The notes under the pieces were generated by a model, which saw nothing but the letters and a program-made list of their open reading frames with translations, did no database searches and had not been told where the DNA came from. Shown here piece after piece: positions 23,911 through 38,007 of a DNA stretch of 64,000 nucleotides. This stretch comes from Eledone cirrhosa (lineage: Eukaryota). The stretch lies in the NCBI GenBank assembly GCA_964016885.1, contig OZ024748.1, positions 58,280,001 through 58,344,000 on the forward strand, in the 5' to 3' direction. Position 1 is the stretch's first letter, and each line of letters begins with the position of its first letter. A program made the position numbers and the translations under genes.

Positions 23911-24385
23911 ACGAGAGAAGTGCTGATTTGCAACGGTAGATTAAATAGTGGGAAATAATTATGAGGGAAGCAATACTAAAATTGATATTAATACAATGTT
24001 GATATATCTGCTTCGTTAGCCTTTTTGGTAGGCTCATAGACCAGAGCCTTTATTTAATAAACCATAGAAATGTAGATTGTCTTACATATATCAATACTAA
24101 CAATGATTATTACATGATGACAGCATAAATATCATTATCAAAACCATCTCAGATAGCTCATGCATTTCGTTTTAACGTGAGTGTCCCAAATTCATCAGAA
24201 GTCCTGTTTGCTACATATAGTATACATGGACGTACAAGGCGTTAGTGTTACACCTTTTGATCAATCACACATTTGGTTCAGATTCTAGATGGTAACATGG
24301 CTTGACTACATGGCTTGACTACATGCCTAGATAATTAAATCTTCCCACTATTTAATCTACCGTTGCAAATCAGCACTTCTCTCGT
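23911..24385. mobile_element. 475 bp segment bounded by perfect 44 bp inverted repeats (MITE-like)
   Basis: ACGAGAGAAGTGCTGATTTGCAACGGTAGATTAAATAGTGGGAA at 23911-23954 and its exact reverse complement at 24342-24385; no target-site duplication seen. Confidence 0.65.
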
Positions 24386-24587
24386 TGTCTATTTTCACTG
24401 ATATTGGCCTGTGTCAAACCATACATAATATTCATAATTTCATGACCACTGTAAATAAAGGGGAAATGCCAAGAATCGAGTTCCATGAGATGGCAATTTC
24501 GCGCTTGCCGTTCCATATTTTGTTTGCTTCTAATTAATTCCAGAAAAATGCACCAATATCATAAAATAACAATTCCTCTCAGCTTTA

Positions 24588-24787
24588 NNNNNNNNNNNNN
24601 NNNNNNNNNNNNNNNNNNNNNNNNNNNNNNNNNNNNNNNNNNNNNNNNNNNNNNNNNNNNNNNNNNNNNNNNNNNNNNNNNNNNNNNNNNNNNNNNNNNN
24701 NNNNNNNNNNNNNNNNNNNNNNNNNNNNNNNNNNNNNNNNNNNNNNNNNNNNNNNNNNNNNNNNNNNNNNNNNNNNNNNNNNNNNNN
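24588..24787. other. assembly gap (200 N)
   Basis: Run of N. Confidence 1.
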
Positions 24788-25722
24788 GGCGTTAGTCCTT
24801 CGAAAACACCATTTGTAATGTTTCCTCCGAGCATAAGTTACACGTACTGCGTCCTCCCGTGTAAGAGCTAGCTATGGACAGTAAGCTCCAAGTGAGATTG
24901 TAGGTTATATTATTATCTTTGAGGTCCCAGATATGGCCTGAAAGTGTAGTGGCGTGACGCCGGGCCGGGTTTCGGAAAGTATGTCTGTGTAGGTAGAGCG
25001 GGGTCTTGAAGCCACAAGCGGTTAATCCTATATAAGCTTTGTTGGAGGTGTCCGTCCTCACGTTGCACTGGTAGATCATATTACGATCTCGGCATCTGTT
25101 GTTGAGGGGGCAAAGCGATCCACCAGGACAGTTACACCTCCTGGTCGGCTCTCCACTGCTGTCTAGGTTATTTCTTCCATAGGGGTTGACTTTGTTGTTG
25201 TTAGAGGAGACGATGTTTTGTGCAAAGTTAGGTGTAGTGCTGTAGGAGAGTTTGATGGTGTTTTTGTTGATTATGTTGTGGTAGCGGTGTTGTAGTGGGA
25301 AGCGTTTTTCAATGAGCCTAAAGCAGATTTTCCCGATAGGTGTTGTGGGGAGGATTGAATCACTTTACGTTGCGTGGGCGGCGGTGTCGCCTGCTGGTTC
25401 CGCTAATGGAAGCTGGAGAATGGGATATTTCCTCCCGGAAGCCACTCCGCTTGAGGGCCTGGTTGAAATAAGGCGCATGTTCTTCGAATATCTGCTCATT
25501 AGCGGACAAACGAGATATGCGGAGGGAGATGTTTTTAACCAGGTTATTGGTGATGTTTCTAGGATGGTTCGACCGGCGGTGGATGTAATGCAGGTTGTCG
25601 TTTGGTTTCCTGTATGGGTAGTAGAGATCATTATCGGTACAATCCACCGCCGAATGCAGGAAACATTTCGGTGAGTTTAAAAAGTAGGAATAATCCTATA
25701 AGATCTGTGACCTCAACCGAAT
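24788..25722 (-). mobile_element. Hydra-type PLE ORF fragment with internal deletion
   Basis: Closely matches 57560-58660: MIY..KAYIGLT, RHATTLSGHIWDLK, CNLCSEE. About 150 bp covering the YRDD motif is missing at about 25640. Confidence 0.9.
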
Positions 25723-27421
25723 TCTTAAGAATTTATTTTGAATGTATTATCTGTGACCAATGTGGGTTCTGCCTTTGTTGGCCTAATGTGATATTTCTGT
25801 GTATTATATCCGATTTGACCCGGGTGTCCTACGCTGTGTGTGTGTGCGTGTGTGTCTGTATATACATGTATATGTGTATTGGTGTAGGTGGTTGTATATG
25901 TCTATATATAAATATATATATATGTATACCGTCTCTGCATATGCATGTGGTGTGTGTATATGCATATACGTACTAACCATATTGTTGTGTATAATCTTGG
26001 GATGCCTCAATGTTGTGATTTCATGGATATTGGCTTTTGAAGCTATTTTTTATATTTTTTATATGCGCTGTTGAGTATGCATATTAACCCGCCTAACCCA
26101 ACTGTATTTGCTTGCTTTCGGCTAGCCCACCTGCACTTGCTTGCTTTTGGCCCACTTATCTGCCTCTTGATGTTCATGTTGATGTAAACGATTTTGCTTG
26201 CTACCTTGTGACGTTGTGACACTCGGTTATCTGCCCATGGATGTTCCTGCTGCTGCATGTGAATTTACCTACCTTCCTTGCATGCGTCCTCGCTAGTGAT
26301 ATGGATATACCTCTGTTGACCAATATATTCCTGCCCGAGTGTGAACCTTTTGTGATTGCCCCACCGCTCAACTGTGTTAATGCACACCCGTGACTTTTGA
26401 GTGTGAACTCCTGTGACTGCCCAACCTGGGATGTCTCCATTGCATTGCAATGGTCAACTCAATCGAGTGTGGACATAGCACCTGTTGATTATAAATCTCA
26501 TTTGAGCATTTGGTTGTTGTGATATGGCTAACTGTAACACTTAAGGCGTTCGTGTGCCCCTGATATATTCAAGAAATATATTCTAAAAATATATATCTTA
26601 TCTCACTTTACTTTATTTTATTTTATTTCATTGTATTTTATTTTATATAATTGTATTTCATTTTATTCTTTACCCTTTATCTCTATTATCTGTATATTTT
26701 ATATATATATATTTATATATATATTTTTTATATATATTATTTGTCTATTTTTTATCTTTTTTTATCTATTGTTTATCTATTTTTATCTACTCCTATCTAT
26801 CTTATCTATTCTTGTCTATTCCTTATCTATTCTCTATCTCTTATCCATGGTTAATCTATTTTTTATCTATGGTTAATCTATTTTTATCCTTTGTTTATCT
26901 TGCTTTTACCCATTGTATTTTTACCCATTGTATTTCCACCATTCATCTCTTAGCTTTTGCATACTCGTCCATGATATGTTATTTGTATTAGTCTATACTA
27001 TATGTGTTGCATATGGCTGCCTGTTGTGTGGTTGCATGCGGGTGCTCATGCTTATGCGTATGCTTGTATGTAACTGTATGTTAACAGCACCCTGCCCAAC
27101 TGTGACTGATAGCACCTCTTATTTTTCAATGCTTATTTTTCAATGCTTATTTTTCAATGCTTATTTTTCAATGTTTATTTTTTATTTCTTCAATGTCTTG
27201 GATATGTTATTGCTTGTGTAATATGTAATCACTCTTTATGCTCTGATGAGTCCCACTTATAGTGTGGACGAAACACTGTTAGCAAGTAAAGATATACTTA
27301 TGCTCTAAGCGTTCTTTGTTGTTAATTATATTACGGCTCTGTTCTCAGACATCGAGCTAACCTTATACTGCCTATTGGATAAGTGGAGTGTTACACACTC
27401 CTGATCCTCTCCCTTATATGC
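25723..27421 (+). mobile_element. 1.7 kb T-rich non-coding element ending in hammerhead, tail and (TA)n; probable pLTR of another family
   Basis: No recognisable ORF; strong T skew; hammerhead at 27233; 130 nt tail abuts the satellite. Confidence 0.55.
27233..27292 (+). ncRNA. canonical type I hammerhead ribozyme
   Basis: TCTTTA TGCT CTGATGA GTCC CAC ttata GTG t GGAC GAAAC act GTT AGCA ag TAAAGA; helix I is TGCT/AGCA plus TCTTTA/TAAAGA. Confidence 0.85.
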
Positions 27422-28512
<1,091 letters not shown>

Positions 28513-28641
28513 AGAGAGAGAGAGAGAGAGAGGTAAACAGAAAACACCATATATATATATTTAGGTAAACAGAAACACCAACACAATCGGTACAGTATAT
28601 GCAAGGAATATATTAGGCTAAGGACTGAAATAGCAGGAAGT

Positions 28642-28675
28642 GGGTTTTAACATTTCGGACGCCATTCTTTCATCA
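28642..28675 (-). ncRNA. 5'-truncated degenerate hammerhead
   Basis: TGATGA aAGA atggcg TCC GAAA TG TTA AAACCC; about 80 nt of tail lead to (TA)n. Confidence 0.35.
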
Positions 28676-29389
28676 TATATATATTGTTTACGGGAAGTCT
28701 TACTTACGTAAGATTATTTAATATCAACGCACATTTGATTCTAACAAGAGCAATCGCATTTTATGAAATAGCGTCCACTCAACAAACACACTGATACGAA
28801 ATTCCTATGTATAGGCGAACAATTGCTATTAACGAGGATATTAAATTAGAAAATTGTCTTGTGAATATAAATTTCAACAATAATCTTTTATGTTATCCAC
28901 AAGTTGTTTTCTAATATTCTTAATTACTACACTTTTATCCTATTGTACTAATCTATTGTCATTTCATATATATTGTTCTTTTTCGTATTATTCAATCAAT
29001 ATTTATACAATACAATTTCTATTTTTCTATTGTACTAGATTATTTTGTATACAAAACATTCTGTATGATTTTCGTATAATCTTGAAATACAGAATATCTA
29101 TAATATTACTGAAAAATGTAGCTTCCTGTATTAATTAAGTGGTGTAGCAGTTCACTTAAGTATGCAGAAGTACCTATTCACGTCTTCTATCCAGAGCTAG
29201 AGGGAGCGATTTATACACGATTAAAGATTATTTAGCTGGAAACAGTGCAAGATCGATGTTGATATAGGGAACGTTTCAAAGTACATTTTTGATACGTTAC
29301 ATCAACATATATATATTCCTATAGTAGACAAACAAATGAGACATAATGCGTCTAATTGTGTTACCATATATTATACTATTAAACATATA

Positions 29390-30065
29390 ATTGTTTCTAC
29401 ATTTGGCACAAGGCCAGCAATTACCCAGTGTATTAGTGGTACTATACTTTATGGAACCTGTAATGATGAAAGGCAAAGTTAACCTCGGTGGGATTAGAAC
29501 TCAGAATGGCAAGGGTCGTAACTCTATGCGTCAAAGCATGGCCTCCGACCCTCGTCCGATACTGCCAATCCAAATTATTAAAGATATAATTGTGTCTACG
29601 TTTAGCACAAGGCCAGCAATTACCCAGTACATTAATGGAACATTACTTATACTTTATTTTATCGACCCCGTAAGGATGAAAGGCAAAGGTAACTTCAGCG
29701 GGATTTGAAATCAGATCGTAAAGAGACGTAACTCTTTGCTGCAAAACATAGCGTCCGACCCTCTACTGAAACTGCCAATCCACCGCCATTAAAGATATAA
29801 TTGTTTCTACTTTTGGCACAAGGCCAACAAATACCCAGTGTATTACTGGTACTTTATTTTATCGACCCCGTAAGGATGAAAGACAAAGTTAACCTCAGCG
29901 GGATTTGGACTCAGAATGGCAAGGGACGTAACTCTATGCGTCAAAGCATGGCGTCCGACTCTCTACCGATACTGCCAATCCAGCGCCCTATATCCATTAA
30001 GGATATAATTGTTTCTACTTTTGGCACAAGGGCAGCAATTATCCCAGTACATTAATGGTACTTTA
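29390..30065 (-). mobile_element. head-to-tail array of about 3.3 SINE copies (~205 bp period)
   Basis: Repeated attaaagatataattgtttctac..ggcacaaggccagcaattacccagt..gatgaaaggcaaag..actgccaatcc. Confidence 0.92.
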
Positions 30066-30544
30066 TAGTTCAAACAGCAGTACAATATTCATCAATTTAA
30101 TTAAGACATATATATGTGATACCGTGTGTTGCGTTTTCTAGGAATTTCCAGTAGTTCTATGTTAGTCTTCATACCAAAGTCCTCGCCAAAAAGATATCCA
30201 AGTAAGTATTAGTAGTACTATTTGAATAATATGTTACCAGTCTAGTAATCAAATGTTCGAGGATTCGAATTCGTTAACTTTGCAAAATATTTAAGTATAT
30301 ATGAAATGAAATAGTTATTTTTCATCGATAAATTTCATACGGCTCGAATTATGCGGGGCAAAAGATACGGCTTAACATGCCTTTGCATACTGTTCTGAAT
30401 ATTCACAAAGCGTGAAAGGAGTGATAACAAATATTACACGTTTATATATATATATATTTATATATATATATTATATATTCATGAAATAAAATAGACACAA
30501 GGTTAAAAAATACAATCATATTACGTGTTAACCATTAGGAGGAG

Positions 30545-30600
30545 TTGTTGGAGATTTATGTTTCAGGTGGAAGTCCTTCATCAGGAAATTTCGGACAAGG
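30545..30600 (-). ncRNA. degenerate hammerhead
   Basis: ttgtccgaaatttc CTGATGA AGG acttcca CCT GAAA CAT aaatctccaacaa; the cleavage-site bases appear deleted. Confidence 0.45.
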
Positions 30601-31379
30601 AGAAGATAGGAAGGTACATACACGAAAGTAGTGTATAGATATTTAGAAAGGAAGTTTTTGTTTCGGTCTTTTAAAGTAGCACTTTAAACATAAAGTTCTT
30701 TCAAATCTTCCTATATAAATAAAAACTACAGATAATATGCCCCGACTTGACCTCTTCTTACCATCTGAAGCCGGTAAGAGATTTATCGATTTAGATAATT
30801 GACTCATCCCTTTAGATGACAAGCTTCTCATCTCTCCCCCTCCCTCTTGCCTCTCTCCCACTCTCTCTCTCCTTGACTCTTTCTCTCTCTGAACATCCGT
30901 CTGTCCCTCACTCTATATCTTTCTGTATCTTTCGCTCTCTCACGTAACGGCCGTTGATTTTAATTTCAAATAATCCTAATTACATCGCAAGGGAAGGAAT
31001 GTACTTAACCAAACTTGCATTTACACATTTGGAATATTAATAACGTTTATGCACTTAAAAATTAGTGTACATGTTAAAACATGCCATCTTCACTCACTGA
31101 ACTGTAAACCTGTAAATACTCAATATTGATATACACTTACGGCTGTAATATAGTGAAATATAATTGGCACGCATAACTAATTATCTGTAGGATCTTTGCC
31201 ATGGATTGGTAAGCTTGTTTTTGTATTAATAATCTAAACAGGAAGATGTGGTCATGGGCTGAGAATAGTTAAGATCTACCAGTATTTTAAAATTATGTGA
31301 ATCTGCGATATAACCATCGTGTGATCGTTTGCTTGAATATGGTGATTGTTAGATCTCTCTCAAATATATACACATTTCA

Positions 31380-31535
31380 AGATGGCGAATTGGTAGGGTC
31401 ATTGGAATGTCAAATAGAATGGTTTATGATATTCAATCCGGCTCTCTGTGTTCAAATCCTGCTGGGGTCAATATTGATTTTCATTATTTCCAGGGCGATA
31501 AAAAAGTACCAGGTTAGTACTGGGGTGGATCTTTC
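31380..31535 (+). mobile_element. older SINE copy
   Basis: gatggcgaattggtag...gtgttcaaatcctgctggggtcaa...cgataaaaagtaccag. Confidence 0.65.
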
Positions 31536-31964
31536 CTCATTCTCTCTTTCTCATGTTCTCTCTCACACTATCTCTGGAAGAAATTTGCTGTACTCAGGCC
31601 TGAAGAGGGATGGGATCCGCCAGGCTTAAAATGTCCAAGAAGCACCGTATGTCGATACGTTGCACCTAAGACTCTATTAGATGCTACCGGATCATACACA
31701 CATACGTACACAGTTCCACAACGTATGTATGAATTATACTTGCGTAGTAATATATCAGTATAAATTTACAGAAATGTTTCTCTGTACTCGTCTAAATTCT
31801 TGCTTTTAAGATACAGCAACATTAAAGTATATTTCTACTTCAACCATTAAGCAATATAGTAAAGGGCAATTACGAAACCTTTATTAATAGGCTTCACTTA
31901 AATACACAATACCAACTTTACCTATGTACATATGTCCCTTTACTATATATATATAGTACCCACT

Positions 31965-32084
31965 CTCCCATGTACGTCAATACTCATCTTTTACCATTTC
32001 ACCGAGGGTTCTTAACGCCACTATCAGGCTAAATAATTTCTTTAATTTCTTTAGTCAAAATACGGCGATAGCTTAAATTTATAA

Positions 32085-32147
<63 letters not shown>

Positions 32148-32616
32148 TAAAGAAATTAAAGAATTTATTTAGCCTGATAGTGGGGTTAAGAACCCTCGCA
32201 GCAATGGAAAAAGATGAGTATCGACGTACATGGGAGTCTAACCCACATCTTTGGTTATCCGGACCACTCTGCAACCATGTCTTTTTCCATTCAAATTAGA
32301 AACTATAAACTTACCGACTCTAATGTCAAGTAAGAATATTTTCGAAACAGCGAGTTGATTTGAAATTATTAGAAATGTTAGCCATCACCGTATTTTTACT
32401 AAAGAAATTAAAGAAATTATTTAGCCTGATAGTGGGATTAAGAACCCTCGGAGAAATGGAAAAAGATGAGTATTGACGTACATGGGAGTCGAACCCGAGG
32501 GTTCTTACCCCACTATCAGGCTAAATAATTTCTTTAATTTGTTTAGTCAAAATACGGCGATAGCTAACATTTCTAATAATTTCAAATCAACTCGCTGTTT
32601 CGAAAATATTCTTACT
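31965..32616. mobile_element. tRNA-like ~253 bp monomer in partial-tandem and inverted arrangement
   Basis: The minus strand carries about 1.4 units at 32145-32494, with inverted partial copies at 32495-32616 and 31965-32089. A-box-like TTGCAGAGTGG, T-arm GGG TTCGACT CCC, then a T4-5 run. Confidence 0.7.
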
Positions 32617-34747
32617 ATATATATATATATTTGCGTGTGTGGTAATGTTTGTATTTATGTGAATATGTTTGTATGAGGGGTGTAATTGTATTTATGTGAA
32701 TGTGTTGGAGTAAGAGAGTAATTATTATCGTTCTACTTGAAGCTTGGATTGTGTTTATAGATTTCCTGGTGATATTTTCCTTAAATTTAATATTTTTTAT
32801 TTTTATTGATTTCTCAGTTTGGCAGTGGAACACATCATTTTAAGTGAAAATGAGCTGGATTAAAGCATAGCCTGACAAATTTGGCACTTAACATACATGG
32901 GTTGTATAATTTACTTCAACCGCAGAATCAAATCACACTCATCATAAACGCAACAAACGTTTGTTTATACCCACAACCATGTTTTAAAATTCTTAGCAGA
33001 ATCTGTTGAATTCCTGCAGCAATGTAGGTTTTATCCACATTTAATTCATAGTAAATATAGCAGATGCCTTTGCCTGAATATAACACAAAGTATGCACTTT
33101 AGATTTCCATTTCAGGTTTACGTATTTCCTTTGGAATATTGTAGAAGCTGACTACACTAAATACCTAAGAGTAAGACCTTCTCTTTTAATTGACATACAA
33201 AATATTTATGTGCGCTTTATGAGGTCTCATGTGTGCAATATTTGAATAGCATTTTCGACTCAGAGTGAAAGTGAGGAGTAATAGGCCATATAATAAAATG
33301 ACTAAATGTATCAATAAAAAGCATAAGGCCTTGTGTTATTATGTAGTTGGGAATCAACCTTGATTAGAACAAACTCTAATCAAACTTATCCAGTCTACAA
33401 TATATTATACCTGCCTTTTAGCACAGTGAGCTCCATTATCCAACGAGTGTTTTTCTTTTCTTTTTCTAAAGACGTTTGTATATGTGTTTAGAGATTATAT
33501 TTCTATGTTCTAGAATGCCTTGCATGATATGGCAATCTCTTAGATTTCACTTGCATGATAATCATGTTTTTCGGGTGTAGCACTCGTCTCGTTTCAATAT
33601 AAATTAAGTTATAATTGAAGGAATTGAATGGGAATATATTAAATTTGTTGCTGTTTTAGTAATCTTTCGTTAATGTGAGTTCTCTTAATTGCGTGATTGT
33701 TATACATATATGCGCAGATCCATGAGATTTGAACACAATAACACATTATCAACAACAATATAGAATCTATTATGCTTTGGATAGCATTAATATACAGTAA
33801 CATTTGATTTAAACATATATGAACATGACATACAATATGACATACAAAATTTTAATGCAATTTTATAGTTCTGGCATGTTATGCTTGAGGCTTTTATTAA
33901 TGAAGACACATTGTAGTGGTTTCTTGTTTTAGATCCATACCCAGCAGTGGTAACTCGTTTCTATCTAATTCCTAACAGCCTGTGCATCCAGTTTCGTTTC
34001 TTCCGACACAGAAATCTTATTTCCGAGGATGTGTTTAGCATGTATACAGAGTGTTAAAACCTATTGGCACAACATTATGTGAAAGCTGGAACAAGGGCAG
34101 CATTTATAACAGTGCATTATTAACGGACCAGTAATGCTCTGGGATATTTTCTGGCCTTGTGCAAAAATTAGAGACAATTATGTGAAAGCCGGAATGTATG
34201 CATGCATATTGATAAAGATTTGAAACCGCAATTTATTTCACGTTCAGAAATGTAGGGTTTATTCTATATAATACTTTATATTATTTTATCAGAAACAACC
34301 TACTTTCTCGATGTGGCTTATTACGTTATCTGTAATACATTAATATTCACTCATTGTAAACGAAATCAAATACGTGAATAACCGTAGGATTCAGAGTCTA
34401 ATATTGCTGTTGTCATTCAACATCTCCCGCTCACTTGTTTCTTATCAAAGGTAATTGTGATAATTCGTCATTTGAAAATAAGCAAGAAATGCAGTGTTCT
34501 ACAAGAATTTTGTTTGGAAAATCTCGGAAATATAATTCTATTCGCTCAAAGCTATTTCGAGGAAAATCGTAAACTGAGATAAGAATTAGCCAGCAACAGA
34601 ACATAGAAAATTAATCTGTTGCAAGAGAAAATGAAAATGAAATAGTTCCTCGATTATGTTGCCGATAATTTCCTTCGTAGACAATCTACGATATACATAG
34701 TGATGTAGCTCATTTCCAATATATGTACATAGAAGGACATCAAATTA

Positions 34748-34799
<52 letters not shown>

Positions 34800-34934
34800 T
34801 TCCAGATATATGTATATAGAAGGACATCAAATTAATATATATATATATATATATATGAGAATAAACGTGCTGCATGGTTGCAAATTGGTTACATATGAAT
34901 AAAGTGGTCCTTCGTCAGTGATCTTCCAACCATC

Positions 34935-36072
34935 ACAGGTATTTCTTCGCTTTTGATGATTGGGGTAGAGTTTAGCCACTTTTCATATATGTCTGCCTTG
35001 CCATTATTTTTTAGTAGATTCCAAAAGGCGAATTTGCTGGATGTAAGCTTTTGAGTCCATATATTGATTAGGGAGTTTTTCACTGAGTGGACATCTCGTT
35101 GATTGGGTTCTAATGGCTGTTCCAACTTTTGGAGCATTGCTGTTTCAATGGTTTCGATTAGTTTAGTTAATGCTGGAGTAATATTCGTCTCTTGGGTATT
35201 TTATGTTTCTTCGTGGGGGCCTTTTTTATAGATGTGTATTTGGTCCACTTTGTTGGTCAAAATTGAGAGTTTAGAGGAAATCTCTTTGAGTTCATTTAAG
35301 ATGTCCTGGTTCAGTGAGTTGTTGTTTTGTTGAGATTTTGGTGGCATTTTCGGTCTTCGTGTGGTGGGTATGTATTAGAAAGTGAGGTTTTTTTACAAAA
35401 GGAAAAATAACTGAGTGAAAGTATAAAGAAAAAAAGGTGAAATCGAAAATGCAACTGGAGTCTAATTTTTTTTAAAATATATTTTTTTTTTCGGTTCCTT
35501 TACCGGTTTCGCAGTTCTTCTGCTTTTCAAAAGTAGAGTTGAGATGGGGGGTCTGTGGTTTTTCTCACATCTGGTTGGTCTTTGAATGTTACTTGTTTTA
35601 TATGGAAAAAAGTGGCTCGAAACGCCAGGTCTTTAGAGAAGTAATTTGATTGGTTGGTTAATAAGTATAATAAATTTCGCGCCAGTTCGCGTTACAAAGT
35701 TCTTCAAACAAGGGGGGGGGGTACTCAGGTTGTTTTTTCATATATGAGTGTTTGAATTATCTTTTACTTAAAAAAGGGGCTCACGAAGGCTTTTTTTAAA
35801 TGTAATCTGATTGGTTCTAAATGAAATTATGGCTGTCACGTGAACAAGTTCATTAAATTTCGCGCCCGTATTTCGGAATTTGTTTTATAGCCTTTTAGAG
35901 AATTTTATGACAATAAAAAAAGTGTCTCACGGAGGCGTTTTTTTTTTAAATGTAATTTGATTGGTTATAAATGGAATTATGGCTGTCACGTGAATAAGTT
36001 CATTAAAAATTCCCACCCGTATTTGGTAATTTATTTTGTAGCCTTTTACAGAATTTTATGACAATAAAAAAA
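34935..36072 (-). mobile_element. inverted Neptune-type pLTR reading into the ORF N-terminus (ATG at 35347)
   Basis: 35375-36072 is the inverse of about 37310-38014. It is followed by MPPKSQQNNNSLNQDILNELKEISSKL...IWTQKLTSSKFAFWNLLKNNGKADIYEKWL, with one stop. Confidence 0.8.
35497..35534 (-). ncRNA. minimal type I hammerhead, U3-A8 core
   Basis: ACTT TTGAAAA GCAG aagaa CTGC GAAA CCGG TA AAGG. Confidence 0.75.
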
Positions 36073-38007
36073 GATGAATTTCGAAATCAGAAACAAATTC
36101 AAGGTACGTCAAATATTCTATCATATATCTCAACACACAACCCAAGAAATGCGGAAGCTTACAACACTATTCACAAGAACATCCCACTACTGAAATAAGA
36201 CCCAATTATGAAAAAGCCCTTGAAACACAAAATAATCAAGAGCAAAAGACAACCGAAATCACTGAAAACATTACTCACCAATGCCAAATTACCTACCACA
36301 AACCCACAACCAACTGTCAAAAAATGTGGTGGCTCTAATTGTGGAACCTGCACTCACCTCATTGAAGGCAACACGTATAAATTAAAATCAGGACAAAATT
36401 TTGCTGTAAAAAATCACGTCACTTGCTCATCAAATAATCTAATTTATGCCATTAAATGTAAAGAATGCAGTGAAGATTATATAGGACAAACTAAACTTAC
36501 ACTCAGAAATAGAATGACAGTTCATCGCCAACAATTAGGAGATCCAACCACGAGACAGATACCACTAAGCACACATCTAGACATTTGCGCAAGTAATAAG
36601 ATACCCAAATTCCAAGTCTTCCCATTTTACCTTTGCGCTGACAATACAACAGAACAAATTGAGAATAAATAAGGAAAATATGTTTATTCAAAAATATAGT
36701 CCAGTATTAAATATGGTTTAATATACATTATAACATGCTAACCATCCACACAGACACATACACACACACATAACACCTTCTACTTCAGAAAATAAAAACC
36801 CGAACTACATAAACCTTAACATACGTTTGCGCTGACAATACAACAGAACAAATACGAATAAATAAGTAAAATATGTTCATTCAAAAATATTCCTAATAAC
36901 GGAATCATTCCCCCCCCCCCACACACAAAATATATATTCTCTTCATCTTAACATGCTAACCATACTCCCACACACCCATAACACCCATACACACAAACAT
37001 AACACCCCCACACAAACACACAACTCCCTCCCCCATTTCTACTAATAGAATCACTTTCCTACACACACACACACAAAATATATATATTCTCTCCATCTTA
37101 ACATATTCCCCCCCCCCACACACACACACAACTTCCTCCCCATTTCTACTAATAGAATCATCTTCCTATACACACACACACTCAAATAAACATACATATG
37201 TCTACTTTTTTTATTTCAATAGAAAATCTGAACTCTCACACCCCAGCGAACTAGCCATATTTACTGCACCAGAACAATTCTCTCATCCCATTTCTCTTGA
37301 CCATTCTTTTACTTGTCATAAAATTCTCTAAATGGCTACAAAATAAATAATACGGGCGCGGAACTTGTTCACGTGACAGTCATAATTTCATTTATAACCA
37401 ATCAAATTGCATTTAAAAAAAAAAAAAAAAAAAAAAAGCCTTCGGTAGCCACTTTTTTTTATTGTCCTAAAATTCTGTAAAAGGCTACAAAACAAATTCC
37501 GAAATACGAAGGCAATTTTAATGAACTTGTTCACGTGATAGCCATAATTTCCTTTATAACCAATCGGATTAAATTTTTTTAAAAAAAGCCTTCGTGAGCC
37601 ACTTTTTTTAAGTAAAAGGTAATTCAAACACTCATATATGAAAAAATAACCTGAGCCCCCCCCCCCCCCCCCCCCCCCTTCTTTGAAGAACTTTGTAACG
37701 CGAACTGGCACGAAATTTATTATACTTATTGACCAACCAAGCAAATCACTTCTCTAAAAACCTTTTTTCCATATAAAACAAGTAACATTCAAAGACCAAC
37801 CAGATGTGAGAAAACCCACAGACCCTCCATCTCAACTCTACCTTTGAAAAGCAGAAGAACTGCGAAACCGGTAAAGGAACCAAATAAATATATATATATT
37901 TTTTTAAATAAGACTCAAGTTGCATTTTCGATCTCATCTTTTTTTCTTTATACTTTCACTCGTGTAGGACACCTCGGTTATTTTTCATTTTGTAAAAAAA
38001 ACCTCAC

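Noticed and set aside
29390-30065. CRISPR-like periodic repeat
   Set aside because: Units are whole ~205 bp SINEs without unique spacers; the context is eukaryotic and no cas genes are present.
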